Assembly (NCBI GenBank): GCA_963693365.1
Contig: CAVNZM010000003.1
Span: 8,848,046 to 8,912,045, forward strand
DNA length: 64,000 nucleotides
Reading direction: 5' to 3'
From: Amoebidium appalachense
Taxonomy: Eukaryota > Protista > Ichthyosporea
Made by a program: the position numbers and the translations under genes. Under the pieces are notes generated by a model, which had not been told where the DNA came from, did not search any database, and saw only the letters and a program-made list of their open reading frames with translations. Positions within the stretch are counted from its first letter, which is position 1, and every line of letters starts with the position of its first letter. Shown here one piece after another: positions 40,147 to 51,559 of this stretch.

Positions 40147-41750
40147 CATAAGCAGTCGTATTCACTTCCTATGGTTCCAGAAACCGTTCCACCTCCGTCT
40201 CCGGTTGTGTTTTTCCCGTGTGTCTCTGTGTTGTGTATATCATAACACCCATCTGTGCTCTCTGCTTCTCCGTTTACCCACACAAAATAACAGGTTTACG
40301 GCCCCTTTGCACGCTAACACACAATCTCGTTACAACCGCGAAATCTCTCAGTCTTACTGCTTCAATCATGACTGACAAACCGTCGTATATCAACCTTCCA
40401 ATATGGAATCCGTCCGAGAAACGAGACGAGAAACGTCTTAATTATTTCGAGTGGGAGCCACTCATTCACCGGTTCATTAGAACAACCATTGCCGAGAAAT
40501 TCGTTGACGCTATCAAGAGGCCACAGTGGGTTGACGGCGCTGAAGCCAACCAGTGGCTAGGCTACGCCACCAAGGACTCCTACAAGAAAGCTTCCGACGT
40601 CCTCGACCAGATCCTCAACCAGTCCGTCCACCCGACCGAGCTCTACGACTCCGGCCGGATGCAAGACGGTGTCCACGGTGGTGAAGTTGTTAATTTCTAT
40701 AAGTATTTGGGATGTAAGCAGAGACACAGTGGTGCAGTGTGAAAACACCACAGACACACACAACAACAAAACACGGAACGATCGGAGCAGTGTACACAAC
40801 AGACATCAATGTTTAGACACGACTGAACTGAATTTATTCTGATCTTCGAATAAATACCTGAAATTCCTCTAAGTCCAATCCATACATGATTTCCGACCAG
40901 TCGGAAATCAGATCCATCTCTAATAGAAACCAATCACTAAGAACCAATTGCTTTCAGAGAGATCCGGTACGCGGAGGCGTACACGATAGGACACAGACAC
41001 TAGTTAGGATCAACTCGTGTCATCATCAAGGAAGTTCTAACCTATGACATACTGCAAAGACTCAGACATATCACACTTAACCTTGATGATTGGTTAAAGC
41101 CCGGCAACACATGAAAACTAAAGTGAATTAATGAAGTCTAAACACACATGCTATTCTAAGTGTAGCCTAAGTGTGTTACCGTCCAATGAACACGTATTAA
41201 GTAACACAAATCTACCTAACATATATTAGTAGAAAAGAATTACGATTATACACATGAAGACAAGGAGAGAAAGAAAAGAAAATAAGGAAGGAGAAAGAGG
41301 AAGGAAAAGAGAGCACAGATCAACAAACAAGATAGTAATAGCATAACTATAACCAGAGATATTTATGTACACACGAACATGTACACGTCTCTCCCTGAGT
41401 GGGTGGATCCGTGTACACACATATAAATATTCTAATCGATATTACAATACACGATTAAAGCCGATACAACACGATTACAAGTATACAAGCATATCGGAGA
41501 TCGATGCTACACTTTACATAATAGGAGTGTGGCATTTACACTAAGCATATGAACTGAAACATAACACAAACTGAGAAGATCTTACCATATGTAAATACTA
41601 CGTATTACAACATCCCCACTTAAGACTTTGAAGTTTGTGTTATCATATCCCCACTGAACTAGTGAAATCTCCCCACTTGAGAACAGAAACGGAAAAAAAA
41701 AAATTAAAGTGTGTACTTTTCCCGGGGGGGGGGGGGGGGGGGGGGGGGAA

Positions 41751-41782
<32 letters not shown>

Positions 41783-42071
41783 AGGGGGGGGGGGGGGGGG
41801 GAGGGGGGGGGGGAAGGGGGGGGGGGGGGGGGGGGGGGGGAAATGGGGGGGGAAGGAACCGGGGCAAAAACAACGAATATATATAACGTGTATAGGCGGT
41901 GTTTGATTAACTGGGTTTTAAACCAGTGAAAGATAGAGTAGAGTGATGGTACAGGTCAAACCTTATATATAAACCCTAAGTGGGCATACCCACAAAGGCA
42001 ATACATATGATATAATGATGTTGATAAAGTAAGTAGTACACATGAGAAAATCACTCTTGAAGTAGGTCGGG

Positions 42072-45000
42072 TCAATCCACAATATCCGGTAAACAAAGTC
42101 GAGCACGATGGTGGACATGACTCGGGCCGGGGAGGGGTTTGGTGAGTATGTCAGCTAAGTTGTGGGCTGACTCAACGTAGTGGACAACCACGTCCCCACT
42201 GGCAATGTAGTCCTTGGTGTTGTGATACCGGACGGCAATGTGTTTGGTACGGTGCTTGATGCCGGTGGAGTTGACGATGGCAATGGTCGACTGGTTGTCA
42301 CAGTACACCGGAGTCGGAGCAAGCATGGGACAGCCGAGTTCCTTGAAGAGGTCACGGACCCAAGCAACTTCTTGGGTGCCAGCATTGAGAGCAATCAGCT
42401 CAGCTTCAGTGGTGCTGGTGGCCGTGATGGGCTGGAGCTTGGAGTACCAGATGACGGGCATACCAGCAAACACGATAATGTAGCCGGTGGTAGACTTCTT
42501 GCTGTCGGCACAACCAGCAAAGTCAGCATCCGTGTAGCATTCGAGTATGGGGGACTGGGTGGCCGAGTACTTGTAGTCAATGCCAAGGTCAATGGTGCCG
42601 AGCAGGTACCGGGCCACACGACGGAGAAGGTCCCAGTGAGTCTTGCCGGGGTTGGTGCTGAACCGACCAAGGAAGCCGATGGCATAGGCAATGTCGGGAC
42701 GTGTGCACCGTGCCACCCAGAGGAGACGGCCGAGTAACTCACGGTAGGGCACGGTGAACGGTTGGGGGGGGCAATCAGCCAGGGAGACGGTGGTGCCTGC
42801 AGGGATGGGGGTAGACTTGGACTTGGCATCGGTGAGGTTGAAGTCGTGGATGATATCCATGATGTAAGACCTCTGGTGCATGTGGAGGTGATGGGGATCA
42901 GAGTGATTAAAATCAACACCGAGCATACGGTCAAATGGACTCATACGACAGCTGGCCATCTTGCTGATGTGGGCAGCCAGGTCACTGGCAGCAGTAGAAC
43001 CCCGGGTGTTGGTGATGGTGGAGTCATCGACGTAGTTACCAGCCCGTACCACATCGTTGTTGGGGAAGAACCGGAGGTAGATGCACGGGTCGGTCTTAGT
43101 ACGGGTCAGGCCATGGGCAAGAAGAATGCCGTCGAGGAAGTCGTACCAAGCCTTGGAGGCTTGCTTGAGGCCGTACAGGGCTTTCTTGAGTCTCCAGACC
43201 TTGCCAAGTGTGGCCATGGTGATGAATCCCGGGGGTTGTTTCATGTAGATGGTCTCGGTGAGTGGGCTGTTGAGAAAGGCCGTAGACACGTCGAGTTGAT
43301 GTATGTCATGACCTTCAACAACGGCCAGAGCTAGGATGGCACGGAGAGCAGCCAGACGAATGACAGGGCTCTCAATCAACTCATAGTCAACACCGTATTG
43401 CTGACTGAAGCCTTGAGCAACACCACGTGCCTTGATCTTGGTGTCACCAGCCGAGTTGAGAGTTTTCTCGGAGACAATCCACTTGAAGCCGACGATGTTA
43501 GCACCAGGGGGAGGGTCAACAAGTTCAAAGATGTCTTTGTCGACGAAGGCTTGATACTCAGCAGTCAGGGCTGACTTGACCTGATCACCATTGGGTCCGG
43601 AACAGAGTTGACGGACAAGTTTGGGTAGTTGGTCGATGTTGATGGGGGGACCGGGGGGGACTGGCAGGGTGGTGGTGGCTTGAAGTCCAACCTTGCCCTG
43701 GAGACGGGCAGAACGACGGGGTGCAGGAACCGGGGTAGGTGGAGACGGTGGGGGGGGAACTTGGAAGTTCGGAAGTGCAGGGGGGGCAACCTCCGGGCTG
43801 GACGGGGCCGAGTGGAAGTTGTCGGGGGAGCCGGGTCGGATGGGTGTGACGTTGCCAGGGCCAGGATGAGGGTCGGCAGGCTGGACGGGCACGGGGGCAG
43901 GGGGGCCGGTGGGGGGGGGTGTCGGGGGAACGACGATGGCAGGAGGGGGGCCAGAGTACACCAGACAAACATCATCTTCAGTGTCAACTGTGGGGGGTGG
44001 GGTGGTCGAGGTAGCAGTGGTGTCGGGGGTCGGAAGGGTTGATGGAATGTCGGACGGGAGATAAGCTGATTCGTCGAAAATCACATCACGGAAGAGGCCG
44101 ACACGATGGGTGGTGGCATTGAAGATCCGGTGGCAGTGTGATTGAAGATCATAGCCGATATACATGCCGAGTTTGACGGTGGGGGCCAGCTTGTGCCGTT
44201 TAGAGGCTGGCACGTGAGTGTAGGCAGGGCAACCGAACACTTTGAGCTCGGAGATGTCGGGCTTGACACCGTAGAAAACCTCGAATGGTGTACGACCATT
44301 GGCAGTCGTGGACGGGGTGACGTTGATGATGTAGGCGGCATGTTGGAGGGCCTCAGCCCACAGTTTGGGAGACAGAGACTGATCTTGGACTTGATGGAGG
44401 AGGCAACGGACAATCTCTTGGAGGAACCGCATACGTCGTTCAACATAGCCGTTCAGTTGAGGGCAGTCCACCGGAGCATAGCTGGCCTTGATGCCCTGGG
44501 AGAGGCAAAAAGCACGGGTATCCTTGGAGGTGAACTCAGAGCCGGAGTCGAAGTGGTAAACACCAACTTTGGAGGGGGCATGGGTGGCAACGAGGTTGGT
44601 GTGAGCTGTGAGAATATCCAGGGTGGTGGTACGGTCGGCCATCGGGTAGATCTTGACGAGGCCAGAGGCACGGCAGACAGTGACGAGAGCAACCTTGGAA
44701 CCTCCGTACGATGTTGTGGTAGGCTCAAAAAAATCCCAATGCCATTCATGACCGGGGATGTTGGAGTGAGGACGGTCACCCCTGAACGGAGCCTTGGTGG
44801 TCTTACCCATAATGCAGCCATGACAATCAGGAACATCACAGTCGAGGACAGAGGAGGGGAGACCAATAACAAGGTCGTGTTTCACCATGTCCTTGATGCT
44901 GGTCATAGCTCGGTGCCCCAGACGATGGTGCCCGATGGATGGGTTAACACTGGTAGTGGCAGCCAGAGCCACAGGACGAGTGGGTGGTTGAATGGTGTAG

Positions 45001-46478
45001 TCCTTGAAGTAATACAGACCGTTGTGTAGACGGAGGTTGACGAGATGACGGCCGGTGAGTCGGTCGAAGAGGAATGACGGAGTGGAGGCATCGTTCAAAT
45101 CACCCTTGATGTATTCGGCAGCAGCTTGGGATGTTGAAATGAGGAAGGCTTGGCCAGACGGGGTGTAGTAGGCTTCAATGGTTAGGGTGGTAGTGCCATG
45201 GTCGGTGGTGGTGTTGATGACGATATGGCCGGTGTGAGTGGCCAAGACGGGGGTGCCATTGAAGGCAGCAACGGGAGTCGGTGTCGAAAGGGGAGTGAGG
45301 TCATGGAAGAACTCACGGGTGGGGCAAACAGTCATGTTGCACCCGGAATCCCAGGCAGGGTCGGAGGACACGGGGACGGAGCTAGCATTGTATGCCGAGA
45401 AAGCAAAGGAGACAGATTTCTCACTGCCTTGACGGGAACGGTTGTGTCTGGACATACGGCATTTCGGCTCAGGGCAATCGATGATCGTGTGATCAGGCTC
45501 GTGGCAGTAGGAGCATTCTTTCACGGACGGGGTGTTAGAACGAGCCGGGGAATCAGAACGACGGGAACCCGAGAAACGGGAACGACTGGGGGAACGAGAC
45601 GTGGACCGGAAGGCAGGCCGGTGGGGGGAACGGGATCGGGTGTGCTGACAGGAGAGACGAGTTCGGAGGTCCGTGCCAGAGGTACGGTCAAGTCGGGTGC
45701 GTAAGTCACGGCGAGGAAGATCACGGGGGGGAGCACTGGCATTTAATGCCATGCTGGACTTGGAGGCACGGTGGGCACGGTTGTTCCGGAGTTGCATCTT
45801 GAGGTCTTGACGTAACTCGATGCCCTTGACGTGGTTATGGAGGGACTCGAAGTCGGGGAATAGCTTATCACCGAAGTGATAGTCTTCGATAAGACGATTG
45901 AACTCAGGGGTGAGGTCGTCTCTGGTGGTGAGTTCATTGAAGAACTTCTCAGCTAGACGAGTGAAGTGAATGGACTCATCTTGGAGAGACTGGAGCTGGT
46001 TCACGATGGTCTGCAGACGGCTCAGGTAGGTGGTGAATGATTCACCGGGCTGAAGGGCACAGGCATCCCACTGACGGTGAAGGATGCGGATCTGATCGGG
46101 TTTGCCTTGGAGATAGTGTTGACGGAATTTCCACATGGCCCGTTCAGGGTCCATGCCAATACGGTACTGGGCAACGGTGGTGAGGACGGAAGGGTCGATG
46201 TTCTGTATCATATGGAGCAGGAGGCAATTGCGGGCCTCTTTGAGTTCCGCGGTAGTGCCGTAGCCATAGAAGGGGGGTTCACCGTCAACCGCGACGGTGG
46301 TAGGGGGGACGTAGTTGTCAGCAAGGACAACATCCACGAGTCGGACACCTTTAGTGCCGGTCATCATGCCGAGAAAAATGATTTCCCATTGAAAATAGGT
46401 AGTTTTGCTATCGGGACCAGTCTTCCCTTCACCTTTCCACATGGTGATTTTGTTTACGCCAGTTTTGTTTGGATCCAT
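42072..46478 (-). CDS. Ty1/Copia gag-pol polyprotein, 1468 aa, uninterrupted
   Basis: Copia domain order: Gag; zinc knuckle CSYCHEPDHTIIDC; protease WDSGC; HHRLGH...CHGC; integrase (WHWDFF, FDSGSEF, ERRMR); RT (GNYVDD); RNase H (DADFAG, EAE, DNQS, LADILTK). Confidence 0.97.
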   Translation of the reverse strand: MDPNKTGVNKITMWKGEGKTGPDSKTTYFQWEIIFLGMMTGTKGVRLVDVVLADNYVPPTTVAVDGEPPFYGYGTTAELKEARNCLLLHMIQNIDPSVLTTVAQYRIGMDPERAMWKFRQHYLQGKPDQIRILHRQWDACALQPGESFTTYLSRLQTIVNQLQSLQDESIHFTRLAEKFFNELTTRDDLTPEFNRLIEDYHFGDKLFPDFESLHNHVKGIELRQDLKMQLRNNRAHRASKSSMALNASAPPRDLPRRDLRTRLDRTSGTDLRTRLSCQHTRSRSPHRPAFRSTSRSPSRSRFSGSRRSDSPARSNTPSVKECSYCHEPDHTIIDCPEPKCRMSRHNRSRQGSEKSVSFAFSAYNASSVPVSSDPAWDSGCNMTVCPTREFFHDLTPLSTPTPVAAFNGTPVLATHTGHIVINTTTDHGTTTLTIEAYYTPSGQAFLISTSQAAAEYIKGDLNDASTPSFLFDRLTGRHLVNLRLHNGLYYFKDYTIQPPTRPVALAATTSVNPSIGHHRLGHRAMTSIKDMVKHDLVIGLPSSVLDCDVPDCHGCIMGKTTKAPFRGDRPHSNIPGHEWHWDFFEPTTTSYGGSKVALVTVCRASGLVKIYPMADRTTTLDILTAHTNLVATHAPSKVGVYHFDSGSEFTSKDTRAFCLSQGIKASYAPVDCPQLNGYVERRMRFLQEIVRCLLHQVQDQSLSPKLWAEALQHAAYIINVTPSTTANGRTPFEVFYGVKPDISELKVFGCPAYTHVPASKRHKLAPTVKLGMYIGYDLQSHCHRIFNATTHRVGLFRDVIFDESAYLPSDIPSTLPTPDTTATSTTPPPTVDTEDDVCLVYSGPPPAIVVPPTPPPTGPPAPVPVQPADPHPGPGNVTPIRPGSPDNFHSAPSSPEVAPPALPNFQVPPPPSPPTPVPAPRRSARLQGKVGLQATTTLPVPPGPPINIDQLPKLVRQLCSGPNGDQVKSALTAEYQAFVDKDIFELVDPPPGANIVGFKWIVSEKTLNSAGDTKIKARGVAQGFSQQYGVDYELIESPVIRLAALRAILALAVVEGHDIHQLDVSTAFLNSPLTETIYMKQPPGFITMATLGKVWRLKKALYGLKQASKAWYDFLDGILLAHGLTRTKTDPCIYLRFFPNNDVVRAGNYVDDSTITNTRGSTAASDLAAHISKMASCRMSPFDRMLGVDFNHSDPHHLHMHQRSYIMDIIHDFNLTDAKSKSTPIPAGTTVSLADCPPQPFTVPYRELLGRLLWVARCTRPDIAYAIGFLGRFSTNPGKTHWDLLRRVARYLLGTIDLGIDYKYSATQSPILECYTDADFAGCADSKKSTTGYIIVFAGMPVIWYSKLQPITATSTTEAELIALNAGTQEVAWVRDLFKELGCPMLAPTPVYCDNQSTIAIVNSTGIKHRTKHIAVRYHNTKDYIASGDVVVHYVESAHNLADILTKPLPGPSHVHHRARLCLPDIVD

Positions 46479-46541
46479 GATTGAAAAACGAGCGCGAGTT
46501 CTAGATGTGTGTAGGGAGCGTACAAAAGGGCTGCATAACCT

Positions 46542-46571
46542 GCGCAGTGGAAGCGTGCTGGGCCCATAACC
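46542..46571 (+). other. 30-nt copy of the initiator tRNA-Met 5' half (G10-C40), forming an extended PBS of A4
   Basis: GCGCAGTGGAAGCGTGCTGGGCCCATAACC matches the D-arm and anticodon arm of eukaryotic tRNAi-Met; absent at the equivalent site in A1 and B. Not a complete tRNA gene. Confidence 0.9.
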
Positions 46572-47517
46572 TGTTAATTTCTATAAGTATTTGGGATGTA
46601 AGCAGAGACACAGTGGTGCAGTGTGAAAACACCACAGACACACACAACAACAAAACACGGAACGATCGGAGCAGTGTACACAACAGACATCAATGTTTAG
46701 ACACGACTGAACTGAAATTATTCTGATCTTCGAATAAATACCTGAAATTCCTCTAAGTCCAATCCATACATGATTTCCGACCAGTCGGAAATCAGATCCA
46801 TCTCTAATAGAAACCAATCACTAAGAACCAATTGCTTTCAGAGAGATCCGGTACGCGGAGGCGTACACGATAGGACACAGACACTAGTTAGGATCAACTC
46901 GTGTCATCATCAAGGAAGTTCTAACCTATGACATACTGCAAAGACTCAGACATATCACACTTAACCTTGATGATTGGTTAAAGCCCGGCAACACATGAAA
47001 ACTAAAGTGAATTAATGAAGTCTAAACACACATGCTATTCTAAGTGTAGCCTAAGTGTGTTACCGTCCAATGAACACGTATTAAGTAACACAAATCTACC
47101 TAACATATATTAGTAGAAAAGAATTACGATTATACACATGAAGACAAGGAGAGAAAGAAAAGAAAATAAGGAAGGAGAAAGAGGAAGGAAAAGAGAGCAC
47201 AGATCAACAAACAAGATAGTAATAGCATAACTATAACCAGAGATATTTATGTACACACGAACATGTACACGTCTCTCCCTGAGTGGGTGGATCCGTGTAC
47301 ACACATATAAATATTCTAATCGATATTACAATACACGATTAAAGCCGATACAACACGATTACAAGTATACAAGCATATCGGAGATCGATGCTACACTTTA
47401 CATAATAGGAGTGTGGCATTTACACTAAGCATATGAACTGAAACATAACACAAACTGAGAAGATCTTACCATATGTAAATACTACGTATTACAACAGAAG
47501 TCTTCCACAACCTACGT

Positions 47518-50500
47518 ATGGCGTATGTAGCAGAGAAGGAGGCCCGAGTCACCCAGATTCAAGTCACCTTCGAGGAGCTTGAACTACGAGACTACCCCAA
47601 CGTCACAGCATACCTCACCCGTCTCCAACGTCTGGCTACGACACTTGCCTGCCTCGACCAGCCCGTCCAGCACAAGGATGTCGTACGTAAGTTCTTCCTT
47701 CACCTCCGGAAGAACACGGCCCTGGTCTGCTCCGACATTGAACGTCTCTGCTCCGACTACTGGATGAACAACAAGGCCTACCCGTCCTTCAACCAGCTCA
47801 TCAGTGACATCCGAGGAGCTGAAATCCGTGCCGGCCTCATCGACGCAGGCACAGGTGCAACCGTCAACAACCGTCCCCTCCGTGCACTCCAGAGCAGAGT
47901 GCTTCCCCCCGGTGACCTCCGTAACCGTATTCCTCGACGTGAGCATACACCTCACCGTTCCCCGTCCCGTTCCCGTGATCCTCGTCCTTCCTCCAAGTCA
48001 CCCGGCCCCCGTTCAACTTCCCCTTACCACCGTGGTAACAGGGACAACCGTAACCGACAGCACAACACCAAGAAGGTGGAGTGTTCCTACTGCCATGAGC
48101 CCCACCACATCACAGCATGCCCGGAGCCTGGCTGTACAGTTGCTCGTCGTGCCAAGCAGGAGAAAGGCGACAAAAGTGTGAAATTTGCACTCATCTCCTC
48201 CACCGGCACACCTGACAGTAACGACCCCGTCTGGGACAGTGCTTGTAATGCACACATCTGCCCCATCAAGGAATATTTCTCCTCCCTTACCCCGTGTCCT
48301 CCCACCCCCATTCATGGCCTCGGCACCGTCAATGCCAAACAACGTGGCATCATCAACATGACACTGCACTACAACGGCAAACCAACACAGTGCAGCATCA
48401 ATGCTTACTACGTACCCGAGTCACCGTCTTTCCTCGTGTCTACCTCCATGGCCTCAGCTGCCGGCCTCCTGGGTCATTGTGACGATACAGACAACCACCC
48501 GTCGTTCCTCTACAGCCGTAATGGTGACATCATCTCAGATCTCACCCCCCTCGACTACGGTCTCTACTACATCACTGACTATGTGATTGAGACTCCTCAA
48601 CACCCGAAGGTCCAAGCCTACACAGCAAGGACTCAACCAACCGCCGACCTCACCCTTTGGCACAACCGTCTCGGCCACCGTGCCCTCTCCACCGTCACCA
48701 GGATGGCCAAGGATGAGCTTGTCATCGGCATGCCCCCCTCCCTCAAGTCACCCGACAACAGTGACTGCTTCGGCTGCATCATGTCTGGCAAGATCATTAA
48801 GGCCCCCTTTCCCGGCACCCGTTCCAAGTTCACCATTCCCGGTGCTATATGGCACCAGGTCCTGGACTTCTTCGAAGCTCCCTGTGCTTCCTACGGAGGC
48901 TACAAGGTTGCTCTGGTGTGTGTTTGTGATGCCACCGGTTACACCACCGTGTTCCCCCTCTACAACCGTGGTGAAACCCTCAGCTACATTCAGTCTCTCG
49001 TTGAAACCATTGAACGTCAGACACCTGAGATCGTCACCCATCTTCGGTTTGACTCCGGCTCTGAGTTCACCTCCAAGGACACCGAGGCCTACTGCAAGCA
49101 GAAAGGCATCATCATGGAGTTTGCCCCCGTCGACACACCACAACACAACGGTGTTGTTGAACGGAAGATGAGAGAACTGCAAGAGACAGTCCGTTGCTTC
49201 CTCCATGCCGACAAGGACCAACCTCTCTCTCCCAAGTTGTGGGTTGCTGCTCTCAAGCATGCTGGCTACATCATCAACGTCACACCGTCATCTGCTGCCA
49301 ACGGCAACACTCCCTTCGAAGCCTTCCACGGCTTCAAACCCGACGTCTCCCAGCTCCACGTGTTCGGCTCCTCTGCCTATGTGCATGTTCCCCGGTCAAA
49401 GAGGAACAAGCTGGCATCAACCGTCAGAGTCGGCACCTACGTCGGCTGGGACCTACCCTCCAAGGCACACAAGATCCTTGACCGTGCCAGCAACCACTGG
49501 CAAGATCTGCCGTGATGTGATCTTCGACGAGTCAAAATTCACGAGCAGCACCAATCAGGTCCCCGTTCCCCCCAAACCCGATCTGCCGACATTGGACCCC
49601 CCCTCCGACGACGACGATGAAACTCCGTCTGTGGTCATCTCCCAACCGTCCTGGCACAACCAACCAGCCCCGGTTGGACCCGTGCCTCCCCCGAGCCCCC
49701 CCCCCCACTGGCCAACAACCCTTTCTGCCGGCCCCCCCCGTTGCTGTGCATCAACCCGGCTACATGACTCCGGTTCGTCCTGGGTCCCCCACCTTCCACT
49801 CGGCCTCGAGCAGCCCTGTGGACACCGATGCCCCCCTCACCACCGGTCCTATTCCTGGCTTCCATGCCCCTGTCCCGGCCTCCACCACCTACCCGGCCAC
49901 CACCCCCCTCAAGGACCCCCCCAAGCCCAACCTTCGTCGGTCTACACGTCTCACCAAGACTCCAACGGCACTGGTCAGCATCATGGCACCGACCATCAAC
50001 ATTGACCAGCTCCCCAAGGGCATTCAAAAGCTTTGCAACGGTCCCAACGGTGATGCCGTCATAGCTGCCCTCACCTCCGAGTACCAAGCCTTCATCATCA
50101 AGGATGTCTTCACCATTGTTGATCCCCCCCTGGTGCCAACATCATCAAGTTCAAGTGGATTGTGACTGAGAAAGTCCTCAACTCAGCCGGTGACACCAAG
50201 ATCAAAGCTCGTGGTGTTGCAAAGGGCTTCACTCAAGTCTACGGTGTTGACTACGGTGACACCTCTTCCCCCGTGGTGATGTCCTCCTCCGTCCGTGCCC
50301 TCCTTGCCATCGTTGTGGACGGCAACCATGAGATTCATCAACTCGACGTCTCAACTGCCTTCCTCAACAGTCCTCTTCAAGAAGACATCTACATTGAGCC
50401 ACCACCTGGCTTCATCACCCCCGGCAACGAGCACAAGGTCTGGAAACTTAAGAAGGCACTCTACGGCCTCAAGCAAGCATCACTGGCCTGGTATGAGTAC

Positions 50501-51559
50501 TTCGACAAGGTCCTCCTTGCTCACGGTCTTGAGCGTCTCCGTTCAGATCCATGTGTCTACATCAAGACCTTCCCCAACGGTGACATCATCCTCACTGGCA
50601 ACTATGTGGACGACGTCATCATCATCTGCACGGCCAACTCTTCCCACACCAAGGATCTAGTAGACCACATCATGAAGTCAGCTCTCTGCAAGGTTGACCT
50701 TCCCGACATCTTCCTTGGCACCCAGCTCATCCACACCCCCGGTCACCTCAAGCTGCTTCAACAATCCTACATCAACGACATCGTCAGAGACTTCAACCTC
50801 AACGATGCTCACCCCAAGGCTACTCCCATTCCCGTCGGCACCGTCATCACCATCAACGAGAACGACTCACCACCCATCAAGGTTCCCTACCGTGAACTAC
50901 TCAGCCGTCTTTTGTGGGTTGCTCGTTGTTCCCGGCCCGACATCTCCTTTGCCATCGGCTACCTCGGTAGATTCAGTGCCAACCCCACCAAACTTGCATG
51001 GGAATGTCTGCTCCGTGTAGTTCGGTACCTCATCGGCACTTCCAACCTCGGCCTTCACTACGACAAGTCTGCATCCGACGACAACACCCCCTTGCTGGAG
51101 TGTTATTCTGATGCTGACTTTGCCAACTGCCCCAACACCCGTCGTTCAACCACCGGATACGTCATCTTCTTCAAGGGCATACCCATCACATGGTATTCGA
51201 AGCTGCAGTCCATCACGGCAACATCCACCACCGAGGCTGAGCTTCTGGCCATCAATGCTGCTGTTCAAAACGTCATCTGGGACCGTGATCTCCTCCGTGA
51301 ACTCGGCTACCCGATGACTGACCCCACCCCCGTCTACTGTGACAACCAGTCCACCATTGCCCTCCTGCACACCAACAGCATCAAGCACCGGACCAAACAC
51401 ATTGCAGTCCGGTACCACAACACGAAGGACTACATCAAGAGTGGGGATGTGGTCGTCACCTACGTGTCCAGCAAAGACAACGTGGCTGACATCTTCACCA
51501 AGCCCCTGCCCGGGTCCTCCCACGAGCAGCACCGTGATTCACTCAGTCTTCGTGACTGA
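47518..51559 (+). pseudogene. Copia B gag-pol remainder (frameshifted; ORFs 47518-49515 and 50162-51559)
   Basis: CSYCHEPHH, WDSAC, LWHNRLGH, FDSGSEF, NYVDD, SDADFA, VADIFTK; frameshifts at ~49490-50160. Confidence 0.92.

Larger units (their letters stand above)
40688..47496 (-). mobile_element. Copia family A copy A4: full-length, very recent insertion (LTRs 46572-47496 and 40688-41612, 925 bp each; TSD GAAGT)
   Basis: TG...CA LTRs of equal length with only one difference noticed by eye; GAAGT at 40683-40687 and 47497-47501; PBS GGTTATGGGCCCAG; PPT AAGTGGGGA. Confidence 0.97.

Noticed and set aside
42180-45704. Long antisense ORFs over Copia pol (also over the tyrosinase)
   Set aside because: Shadow ORFs produced by C-ending codon bias; no motifs.
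46542-46571. tRNA-Met gene
   Set aside because: Only the D-arm and part of the anticodon arm are present; no acceptor stem or T-arm. Interpreted as a primer-derived PBS.
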